From the NCBI GenBank assembly GCA_002633005.1, contig NMRA01000373.1, positions 391,459 through 441,486 of the forward strand: 50,028 bases of DNA, given 5' to 3'. The notes beneath the pieces were generated by a model. The model made no database searches. It saw only the letters and a program-made list of their open reading frames with translations, and was not told where the DNA came from. Of the stretch, positions 22,158 through 33,213 are shown piece by piece. Every line of letters starts with the position of its first letter. The first letter of the stretch is position 1. Position numbers and translations under genes: made by a program. This stretch comes from Phoronis australis (lineage: Eukaryota > Animalia > Phoronida).

Positions 22158-23207
22158 ACATACAGGCATCCACGTTATGTAAATGTTAGTTGTTGCCACT
22201 AACTTCAATTAATAATAAAATATTCAAATTCAACATGCTTCATTGAATACACGTTATAGATTTGAATTAGACGAGAATAATTTTGAACGAGGCGTACACA
22301 GACTGAAAATAATTGCGGCTCTTATAATTAAATTTGAATCTCCATAAATCAATTTCCAAGACACAGGTCCTCGTAGAATTTTATCCTTGTAAAACTTAAG
22401 TTATTCCCTTCTCTCGTGTACTGCAACCGATGTACTTTGTCAACTCCTACTGTGTGTAGTCTGAATTACTTTGAGTTTTATCGCACTTTTGATGGTCTAG
22501 GGTGACCGAACTACCGAATTACTGTACAATAAAGTTATAAAATATGCATACACGTGTAGGAATTGAACGTGTCTTGAGATGAATTTATCTGTAATTTTAG
22601 TGTGCAAGTATTAATGGCTGGTACCTACCTAGTTGTCATTCACAACTGCTAGATTTCAGCGTCTTCAGAGTTTAACTGTTTGCAGGTGTACATTTTTGCT
22701 ACAAAACACCCGTTTCTCATTTATTATAGTTTGTGCAGGACAGGCCGAAACTGCTGCAATAGCAGCGTCTCTCGATGCATGCCTGTCAAGTAGAAGTTGG
22801 AGGGCAACAGGTACTGTTGAAGTAACCAGTGTTACTCTAGAGCTTTCGACTTTCCATTCAAACTTGGTATTACGTTAATTTTTAAGTTGGACGTCCTTAG
22901 TCGAGTGCCTTCAACAGCACCATCTAGACGTTGAAATTCGTTAGTGGCTTCTTTTGCGCAAGATAGAAGTGGACATGGGCATAGTTCATTGTTTGACAGC
23001 TGTTCTGCCTACACAGAGACAAAGAGAATGCACGTGACGTTTCTCAAAACTCAGCGTCGGTCTCACCAGACTCACCTAATACCTGGCCGAGCTCTGGAAT
23101 ATTCCTTTTCAAGAGTATGAGGACCACCAGGTTTCTACTTCAAAAGGCATAAAACATGGTGCTTAGTGTTCGTAACTCCAATATCTTATAGATAGAGGCA
23201 TACACTA

Positions 23208-23523
23208 CAGTGGCGGAAGGGGGAGGGCCCAACATGTCTACGAGGAATTGGGAAAAGGGCGATTGTATCTGCACAGGTGGCCCGTAAGTTGCGGGGGCGT
23301 GGTTGTGGACCTTCTATTCTGTTGTTGGACTAAAAAAACGCGACACAACTGCGCTGCATCAGTCTGGGCTCTGAGTCCCCCCCCCCCCATCCGGTAGCAG
23401 ATCAGTGTTACTGCACTCAATATTTCCTCACGCTTCACGCAGTGCTGTTGTTTCATTTTTCCTGCGGCAGCCAAGGGGTGGTGGTAGGCCCCCTGTGCCC
23501 CCCGCCCCCTAAATCCGCCTATG
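23208..23523 (+). mobile_element. MITE of the same family as 1562-1892
   Basis: CAGTGGCGG...CTAAATCCGCCTATG, with shared internal GGAATTGGG...ATTGTAT.TGCACAGG.GGCCCG. Flanks are CACTA and GACTA. Confidence 0.7.
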
Positions 23524-24362
23524 GACTAATTCGAGTGGCTCCAGCGAACAAAGAAAAGTGGACTACCAGGGGAAATTAATGGCATGAATGTCACAACATC
23601 GCCTGTAGCAGAGACTGATGTGAGGAATAAACGCTTTATGAATTCCCATTCATTTTCAGTCATAAGGAAAGACTCTCTTGGCGATCACTGAAGTAGGCTT
23701 CCGCCAAGCCGATGTGTTAATAGCTAATACTGAGTAATTTTCTCAGAATACTTTTGGCTTTTACTGTAAATATTGAATTTGTAAAATTGCCTTAGTTCAC
23801 AACCAAAACAGAGAAATTTTTGTCCACACTGTAGATGCAAATGTACAATTTTCAAAAGAACACTGACAAACTTGGGTTAACTTGTTGCCTGGATTATTGG
23901 TCAGTTTCATCGAAGCTTTGTAGCGGTGATCTTCATTTTGTTGAGCTTATGTCAGAGGTTAATGCGACCTTATTGCGCCAGACCGCAATTTTTTTATTTA
24001 TGAATGAACTACATGTGCAGTACCAGTAATTTGCTGAGATTTCGAAAACGTGCATGGAGCAACACCTGTCAAGATTTTGTCAAGATTTAGCCAGAATTGA
24101 AATGGATCAAGTAAAAAAGAATAGAATGTTTAGTAATAGTTTTGAGAGAGGAAACTTCAACGAATTTCAATGTTGTCCAGTTTATTTTGAGAACTAACAT
24201 ACAAATAAATTTGAAAACAGTGCAAGTTGATCAATTAAGAAGATGCTTTACTAATGATTCCTCTTCAAATTTTGGTAATCAGTCGAGATAATGACTGGTA
24301 AACAACGACTTTTTATTACAAAAAACATGTATGTGTAGATACTGTTTGTCCCACTGGTCCAG

Positions 24363-24635
24363 GGGCCTGTTTCCTGAAGTGCGATTTAAGAATTCAATTA
24401 GTGTTACGCTACGCACAATTATTTATGAAAAAGTTGATTCTTACTTGAGCAAAAAATCAGAATCTGAGGATTCACACACAACTCCTAGTTACTGAGCAAT
24501 TAATGTTATTATTTCTAGAGTGTGATGAGCTAAAAATTACGTGGCTAAGCCCCTTCATTCAATAATAATGTGTATTGGGAGCGTAAGACCTAAGTTCTGC
24601 CTTAAATCTTACGTCAATTTTCATAAAGTGGACCC
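24363..24635. mobile_element. Possible Harbinger/PHIS-group MITE
   Basis: Degenerate TIRs GGGCCTGTTTCCTGAA / TTCATAAAGTGGACCC with CAG on both sides. Confidence 0.35.
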
Positions 24636-25565
24636 CAGACATGCAATGATTCGAGACTGTAAATCTGGTTGAGGATCACTGACACTTGGATACCAGTGAA
24701 GACCAGTTCTCCAGGTCTGCCTCTCAGTGGGAGTAACTAGCTCTCGGGTCATTTTAAATCGAAAGCAAGGTAGACTACCGGTCTCAAGTAGTTGAGACGG
24801 TAGTACTGTCCTGCAGCTGTCCGACTACCACCAGGTCCTGCGCAGACTTCAAGCCGATGCAAAGGTTAAGTCAGTTATCTTATTTGCGCTCGTTTCCGAG
24901 TTACCGTGATATATGAGTGTAAGTGAGTGACATGGACAGGATCGTCTATAGCATTCTCGAAAGTGGATACTTGCAGTACAACTAAGTAAAATGTCATAGC
25001 CCGATGGCCAAGACAAGATGGAGAAAGGGAACGTGCGGGAGAGTTGTATTGAATCCACCAGCTCAAGCAAGCCATGTTGTTTTCTTCTATGCTGGTAGGT
25101 GACGCTGGTCTCCACGAAATGGCAGCGATCTACAACTCCACTGAACCAATATCCAAACAACATCAGTTTAAGACACGTCACGCCTCCTTCTTATCGCCAT
25201 CCGCCCCCCCCCCCCTCCCTCCATTCTCCAGATGTCTACAAATTTACTGCTACCCCTTCGTCAGCCATGATGAGGCACGGGGCAATCCTGAGCTGGTGTA
25301 ACATTACATTTTGACCCCCGTGGACATCTGACCCAGGTCATATTTTCAACTTTAAACTTTGGTCGCCGCTGTTGAAAACGTGCCCGCCAGTTGAGAATTA
25401 ATGTGTCAGTGGGGGTCATTTTTCAACGGTTTCGTTTGATTGCGTTTAATTTACAGACTTATTGGCTACCTCCACCGTTGGTGAAACCACTAGGTCTGAT
25501 CTTGATCTGCAATAAACAACTCATTGTTTATTTTCATTTTGTCGATTCCGTCTTTTTGCCAGCTG

Positions 25566-25723
25566 CAGGGGCGGATCCAGGATTTTGAGTTAGGGGGGGC
25601 CAGGACAGAGTATTAGCCAGGATTTTCCCAACAGACAATTCGCAACCCCGAACAGCCAAATGTAATCTGGGATTTTTTTAGGGGTGCCATGGCCCCCTTG
25701 GCCCCCCTCTAAATCCGCCACTG
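25566..25723. mobile_element. Short GGCGGATC-type MITE
   Basis: CAGGGGCGGATCCAG...CTAAATCCGCCACTG with G/C runs. No clear TSD. Confidence 0.6.
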
Positions 25724-28222
25724 AGTGTAGTTTGCAATTTTGGGAGCGGATGATAGATCGATTTTTCCCAGTGTTAGCCAGTTCACTGAAGCACCATCAT
25801 TTTTCTAATTTTTAAAAATCATCTATCAACCAGTCAATTTTCGTAGATACATAAGCATCTAAATCAGAAACCAAAAAATTCATTTTTATCAAAACAGAAT
25901 ATTATAAAATTGTAACTACCAATTCACGAAGACGTGCTCGAAGACTCCATCTTGACGGGGAACTGTGGGGGCATTGCCGGAGACGGGGCAACCCACGGCC
26001 GGGTTTGGGGGTCCCCCAAGACATTCTCGGAATTTATTCGTGTTCACGTGCATTTTGATTCATCCCAGAGGTAGCTATCACAGTTCATGAGTTAAACTTG
26101 AAATCTTTGCATACGACCTTCAGTACATGTAAATTTCTTTCGTTAGACAGGTGTTCTCTGACCAGATCAATTTAAAGTCTGTGTACAACAGGGCACAACA
26201 TGTTTCATTGACTTTTTCGAAGTAGGCACATGTTCAAGAGTGTCTGTGAAGACGATCCATGCCGCTTTTTTTCTCAATGGATGCCTTGGCTCTTGAGGAC
26301 CCTCAAAGGGTAAATGCAGCTATAGTTGTGTACAGATGTTCTCTTTAATTTTTCTCTCTTTAGATCGCTGTGTCTTTTTTCTCTCGACTGCCTTGTCCTA
26401 CGCCTATGCCGGTTGCCAAAAACGTTTTACCTTTACGCCTTCTCACCTGGCGCACGTCTTCCAGGAAATGGCATAGTGTAGTGTATGTCTCTTACACGGT
26501 TGATTGTTTGAGTTTTTTTTCCTCGACGCGTTGCTGATTTTTCTCAGGAAAGCTACAGCATAGAACCCTAGCCCTGGAATGCCAACTTTCGCATGTGAGC
26601 AATGTATTCTGTTATTAGAGGTTGCGACCCCGAGACTAGCTGCGACGGTTTGCACTTCCGGTTGTCTGCTCGACTGAGTTTTGTTCGAGTATTGTTATCA
26701 TCGACATTAATTAAGACGTTTATGTTTGTAATTATCAAATCATGCTTAATTTCATCGCTTCATTTTCATTTTGTCACTTTTGTTCATCGAGCGAGATTCG
26801 TGAGGTACGCTTTCGAGCAATCAGCGATTTCCCGGCAAAATTAGTTAGCAAATCCGACAATAACATTTGGTCATTCTTTAAAGGCAACGGAGTGTGATCC
26901 TGGCTGGATACTGGGAATAGCCTGGCCTCTGATATCTTTTCTTAGACCCACTTTCGACAACCTATCAAACCACATGCTAGGAGTTTTTTTCACAAGCCAT
27001 TTTTAGATGTTACTTTATTTCACTTGAACAAAGACGTGATATTTGGTTTCTGTGTGTTTGTTCTGCAAATGTAAATGTAAATGTAAAATTTATAAATGTA
27101 AAATTTAGGCCCAACTAACTCTGATGCAATCCCGCTCAAAAAGAGCGGAGTTGCGAAAAGCTAATTTCTTTCCATAGGAAAAACAAACAGCGTACCAAAC
27201 GCATGTGAACATATGGCACGCATGCGCAGCTCAACCTCGCTGGAGGCGAGTTTGAAGATGACATTCTGGCTAGAGTCCTATAGCCACAATAAGTGCAGGT
27301 GCTAATGGGCGATACAGAACAATTATGTTCAATTTTGTGTTGTGCCTCGGTAATATTTCATGAAAACAAACGAGAGGACTGTTTTGATTATCTGATTATT
27401 GAATTATTCGAAGCAGAGATGAATGACTGACAGTTGCTAACCAGGCACAAAGTAGTTTACTGCATTTTTGTCCAAAATCAATTTTTGTTTGGGAAGAAAT
27501 TTCAACTTACAATTTTTGTGCTTGGGAACCTCGTGACCTAGCTACTTCCAACGCCACGTCCGGAACCGCCCATCACTACGCCGAATTGACATTTGGAACT
27601 AACTACGCTATGACTGTCACTGGCACAGCAAAGGAGGGGGCGGCACAAGTGGGACATGACATCAGTGTTCATTGCAAAATCATCTGAATCAATTTTGGGT
27701 TTGCTCTCCCGCTAACTGAAAAGTGCCCTAGGTGGCCCTACCCCAACGTGGTGATTGGGACAATCTTCTCGACCATTCAGAATCACGAATATTAGTTTTT
27801 TATTAGTAAATTTCATACTATGTGAAATAAAAAACACAGCGCATGAACTATACCTCCGTGAGAAACAGTGACACGTGAATTAGCTAGCTGACGGGAATAA
27901 TAACTTGACTTGCTCGTCTACCAGAGGCGTCAAACCCATTCAAAACATTTCGTTTTTCATGGTTCATTATCAACACATAACATGAGCAAGTGCAAGAAGT
28001 AGAAGTCATCTTCCAAAAGCGCCAAATCCAATTGATCATAGTCTGGTCTTGTTGACGACAGCGCTACCACTTAGCGTACGTGTAGTCAAACCAATAATAA
28101 TAAACTTACAAACACATACTGGAGCGATAGGGGACACACGCATTCTTGCTCATATTTAAGTGTAGTCGAAGCTGGCTACGTTATTGTCATATACAACCCG
28201 AGGAGTTCCATTTGCCGCTGAA

Positions 28223-28894
28223 ATGGAAAAAGGCAATAACAACTTGCAGAAATGCGAAATCCTAATTAGACCATTGAGGAGTTGCGATGACGGAAAAGTG
28301 GTTTCTGCACTCAACTATGATCGGATGAAAGATCTTTACTTCCATCAATTCGTCCGAAATGTTTGGAAACTTCCAGTGACTTGGCTTTACGTTGTAATAA
28401 CATTGCTCGTAGCAGTATTCCAGCTAGGATGGACATACGGAGTGGCAGTGACACTGGGGCTTGCAACAGTGATTTTTATTCGTAGTTCATATATTGGTTT
28501 TCGTTATGTCAGAAAAAGGTGGAAAGAACAATTAAACACGCTAAATAGCGACGACACGGAAATTTGGATAGCGCTCAGCGGGGAAAGTATTGTGGGATTT
28601 GCTGCTTTGGAGAGACAGAAAGATATGCCGGGATGGACAAAACTTGTGTGCATCGGCGTATTGAAACAATTTCGGAGGCGACGAATAGCTCAAAGATTTA
28701 TAACAACAGCTCTCGAGTATGCCACTTTGAATGGATTTATAGGAATGTGGCTTGGAGTTTTGCCTACAAACGACGGTGGGAGGCGGTTGTACGAAAAGAT
28801 GGGGTTCAAATTCCTGGAAACGGGTGTTTCTCGAGGAACTGTCCTGCCGTTTGGCGCACAGATCATATTTCACCATTACTACAAAACTTTATAG
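28223..28894 (+). CDS. Membrane-anchored GNAT N-acetyltransferase, NAT8/camello-like, with intronless CDS
   Basis: N-terminal IRP, a hydrophobic segment, then IWIA...IVGFAAL...IGV...FRRRRIA...N..GRRLYEKMGF. First ATG at 28223, TATTTAA at about 28153. Confidence 0.85.
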   Translation: MEKGNNNLQKCEILIRPLRSCDDGKVVSALNYDRMKDLYFHQFVRNVWKLPVTWLYVVITLLVAVFQLGWTYGVAVTLGLATVIFIRSSYIGFRYVRKRWKEQLNTLNSDDTEIWIALSGESIVGFAALERQKDMPGWTKLVCIGVLKQFRRRRIAQRFITTALEYATLNGFIGMWLGVLPTNDGGRRLYEKMGFKFLETGVSRGTVLPFGAQIIFHHYYKTL

Positions 28895-29684
28895 CTGGGA
28901 GAAATGACTCATTTAGAAGAAACTAGTAGTTCATTTACAGGTTTTCAACTATTGGAGAATAGAGTTATATAAACGTTGTGATTTGTGAGGGAGGTAGATG
29001 GAGACCGGGCAGAGTTCGTTTCTTAACTTTTATTTTCTTAGCATTACATGTATGGAGACATTGAATTAAAAAATGTCATACTGCGAACATCTCGTGTACA
29101 TCAATGTAAGCAATGAGGTAAACTAGGTTTTTATGTTTCGGTTGTAGTCTCACGGGCGCACTCCGTTGGCATATTTCTTGTCCATTTGCGCTATAGCAGT
29201 TTGACTGTACGTGGTATTCGTAGAAGGATTTGGTGGTTTAAGGTGTCAGATTTATTAAAGTGTCTATTATAATTTCGAATTTTATTTGAATTGTATCTGT
29301 GTGCAGATGGTAGTCTACAGTGCAGTGGCGTTTGTCTTATAAAGATCCCGGGTTCCGCACCCTGCAATTTGTATGTAACTACCCTTTCCTCTCCTTCTCA
29401 AGTTCGTGAAGTTTGTAGGAGTATCGACTCTTAACTGACTTACATGTACCACTGGAAAGAAACAAAAAACGACAAGGGAGTCTGATATAACGTGCCATTA
29501 TTTTGAGAACCACAATTCATGCCCACTTTCATTGGATAAATCTGGTTCTTAAAATGCAGGCACATTATATCGGTTGGAAAGGTAGTGTGACGGAACGTTA
29601 GTAACTGTACGCTTATTACGTATGCTTATTTAGTTATAATGGTTCAGTGCGCCTTTGTTACGTGGGCATGCGGGAGCGAATGCA

Positions 29685-31617
29685 TGTTTCGGGCATTTTG
29701 CTGGCGGCGACAGACTTCAGACAAGGGTGTGTTTCCTTTTTGTGGCAACTATGGATTTCCAGTGAGCGTATGTAATTTCAAACTGAACTGTAATGTACAT
29801 GTATGTGTAAGGTGAAATATACATTTTGCTGTTCTTTGAAGATTTGATTTGTTACAGTAAGCACTTCGATGACAAGTGAGTTCAGTCCATGTACATGTAG
29901 CACACGTCTGTGGCATGATTGCATGTACTTTGCCACAGGCGTGACGTTAAAGAGGCATGGAATGCGAAAGCTCGTTAAAAATATCTTTTTGAACAATTCC
30001 TGGCCCTCTCACCGCAACGTCTAGTACAGAGTTATTCGCTTTCTGCTCTGTGGAAATTAAAGAAAATCACAAAATCGCAATGTCCTCTAGACATCTTAGT
30101 TCTCAGCGTGTAAATACATTATGCTAGCCAATGAGCTATACGTATATGTATCTCAAATGTGCTAGCCGTTACCTGTGCTCATGTAGCAGCTACTGTTCGG
30201 GAAATGTCCTCGAGGGGAAATAGCTACACTTTTAAGTGAACATTAGTGGTCATCACTAGACAAGAATATATTCTCGATACCGTTTTATCTTAAACCTTCA
30301 ATAAGAATGTCTGTCAGATTTAGGCAGTACAAGTATTTTTTCTTCCCAGAACATTTCATCCTGCCGTAACATATTATACAGTAATCAGCAATTCTTCAAA
30401 GTGAAAACTAAAGAACAATTCAAGGATACTGTATTGTACACAAAGTATACAATGTACTTACAAAAGTCACACCAAATGTACATACCAAGTTAAGTTGCCA
30501 GCTACCTATATGGCGGCTATCGTCAACTTACAGGTATAGGTACGCTTTGTGTTGAGCAATGAGAGATTTCACACAACCCGGTTAGTTCAGTTCGTCACCT
30601 CGTCGTGAAACTGATGTAGAGCTAACGACCGACAGGGAAGCATGCAGAATCTGGGAACCAACCGACACTCACATTGCCCGATGCACCTGTTTAAGGAAAA
30701 AAATCAAGTGTTCGCATTTCGCTGGCGACAGGCTTCAGAAGGGTGTGTTTCCTTTTTTTCTGTGGCAACTATGAAATTTCGAGCTGAACTGTAATGTACA
30801 TGTATGTGTAAGGTGAAATATACATTTTGGTGTTCTTTGAAGATTTGATTTGTTACAGAACGCACTTCGATGACAAGTGAGTTCAGTCCATGTACATGTA
30901 GCTTACGTCTGGGGCATGATAATTTATCGTAAGTATTTTGCCATGCGTGACGTTGAAGAGGCATGGAACGTGAAAGCTCCGGCGTCAAAAGTATCTTTTA
31001 AATAATCCCCGACCCTCTTGCAACGTCTACTACAGAGTTATTTGCTTCCCGCTGTAGAAATTTAAAAAATCACAAAATCGCAACTGTGCTAGTCGTTACC
31101 CTAGCTTTTGCACGTGTAGCAGTTACTATAAATGCCCTCGAGGGGAAATAGCTACACCTTCAAGTGAACATTAGTGTTCATCACAAGAGACAAGAATATT
31201 TCTTGAAGTCTGAGACCGTTTTATCTTACAGCTGCAAATATTTTTCTTCTCTGAACATTTCATCCTGCCGTAACATAATGTACAGTAACTACCAATTCTT
31301 CAAAGTGAAAACTAAGAAAGCATTCAAGGATACTGTATTGTACACAAAGTATACAATGTAGGCTACTTTCAAAAGTCATACCAAATTTACATACCAAGTT
31401 AAGTAGTCAGCTAGCTATGTGGAGACTATCGTAAAATTTCGGCTAGGTAGCTTTGTGTTGAGCTCCGTTAGACACCGAGATTTCACACAACCCGGTTAGC
31501 TCAGCTCGTCGTGAAAGTTGTATCAAGATGTAGCACTAACGACTGGTGGGGGTGCGTGCAGAATCTGCAGGGAGCCAACCGACACTCACATTGCCTGATG
31601 CACCTGTTTAAGGAAAA
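29685..31617 (+). repeat. Diverged tandem duplication (~1015 bp + ~910 bp)
   Basis: About 29685-30700 aligns with about 30708-31617. Both copies end GATGCACCTGTTTAAGGAAAA, and both include the first part of the element found at 38261-38984. Confidence 0.9.
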
Positions 31618-31933
31618 CAATCTAATAAACGTCAATTTTGCGTATTTCTCTACCTTTTGTAACCATAGACTACAGTACCTGGACGCTAACTCCGTATATT
31701 TTCAATGAACGAAGTCGAAAACGAAATCTATGATCTTCCGCAGAAGCCATGGTATCATTATTTACTATCGACACCTGTAGACCGGGATCCCAGAGCTTTT
31801 TAGGGCATCAAAAGGTAACCAATTTTCTTTGGTGCCACAGTGCTCTATGGGTATCCTGATGCTTGGAAATGGCCGTCTGGCAGGTTCGCTCTGGTGGGTG
31901 TGGTAAGGGGAGCCAACAGAATGACACTCGAAA

Positions 31934-32550
31934 ATTGAGATAGATCAACTTTTCTGGTAACCACTTCAAACTGGCTTGGATACCTACTACGTAATCCACT
32001 GTATCAAAATTAGACACTGCAGACCATTTCAGTGGTGGGGACTACCCGCCAGACGAACATATACAGGGTACAAAAATTGAGCTAGATCAATCCAAGAGGT
32101 AAGCGCTTGAAACCAGTCGCAAAATATTCACCGTAAGCCCCGGTATCACGAATGAACACTACCAGACAAATCTAGTGGTGGTTTACTCCCGCCAGACACG
32201 CCCAATTACCAGAATTGAGCTAGATCAACCCATCAGGTAACCGTTTGAAACCAATTGCACGATGTTCAGCATCACTGAACATGGCACAAAAGTTAGATGC
32301 CAGACAATTTCTGAAGTATGGTGCCCTTGCCAGACGATTATCAAAAAGGGCTAAAATTGAGCAAGAGGTAACCGCACGAAACCAGTTGCAAAATATTCAC
32401 CGTAGCCCCGGGTATCATGAATAAGCACTGTCAGACAAATCTAGGGGTGGTTTTGCCCCAGCAGACACGCCCAAATACCCGAGTTGAGGTAGATCAACCC
32501 ATCAGGTAACTGTTTGATAACCATTTGCATAATGCCTAGCAGCACTCCAC
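31934..32550. repeat. Subterminal array of ~125-145 bp units within Academ
   Basis: TTGAG.TAGATCAA...GGTAAC...AAAC units start at about 31934, 32077, 32215, 32357 and 32483. Confidence 0.8.
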
Positions 32551-33213
32551 AAGCAATCAACGCTGTGGGGTAGTAGCAAGTGGAGATTTGGTCCATGCCC
32601 GGTTGACATTTTATTATATGCCCCACTCTCCCTATTCAAATGCACATACATGTAGGCCTACTCTAGTAATAATAAAAATAAATTGGTGAAATATAAACAA
32701 GAAGCTTTATTTATTTTAACTGCAAACCAGCCACAATTTCCACTGAAAAAATATACAAAATGATTACATACCCCCTCACCCAATATGAATCCTTGGGGCG
32801 ATGATTGAGCACCGCATACCATGTCTATGGATAATCAATTTGAACGTGCTTTAATTCCACCATGAAGACATAAAGCGAACAGTTCTATTGCCCGAATATC
32901 TGTGTCGGGTAAATAAAATGCTTATCAAACTAACTTAACTGAAAAACTATCAGGACTCGTTATTCCCGAGCATTGTGAATAACAAGTTCGCAACATGAAC
33001 AGAGTGTTTTATCTACATCACAGCTTTAAGACGACTATATGAAACCAATTTCAGATGCCATAAAGGTTTTTTCATCCTTTTTGGAGAACACCATACATGA
33101 GTAACAAACACAAAAATATAAAAGGAGACTTATCGCTATAACCCATATTCATCTCATTCCAATGAGCCAACTTATTCACTGTGTATGTTTTAGTCAAATC
33201 CAAAGTGCCGTAA

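Noticed and set aside
24770-24806. Hairpin CTACCGGTCTCAA-GTAG-TTGAGACGGTAG
   Set aside because: Isolated short inverted repeat with no context supporting an ncRNA or terminator
31934-32550. CRISPR-like array
   Set aside because: The units are diverged whole-length repeats without unique spacers, lie inside a eukaryotic transposon, and no cas genes are present
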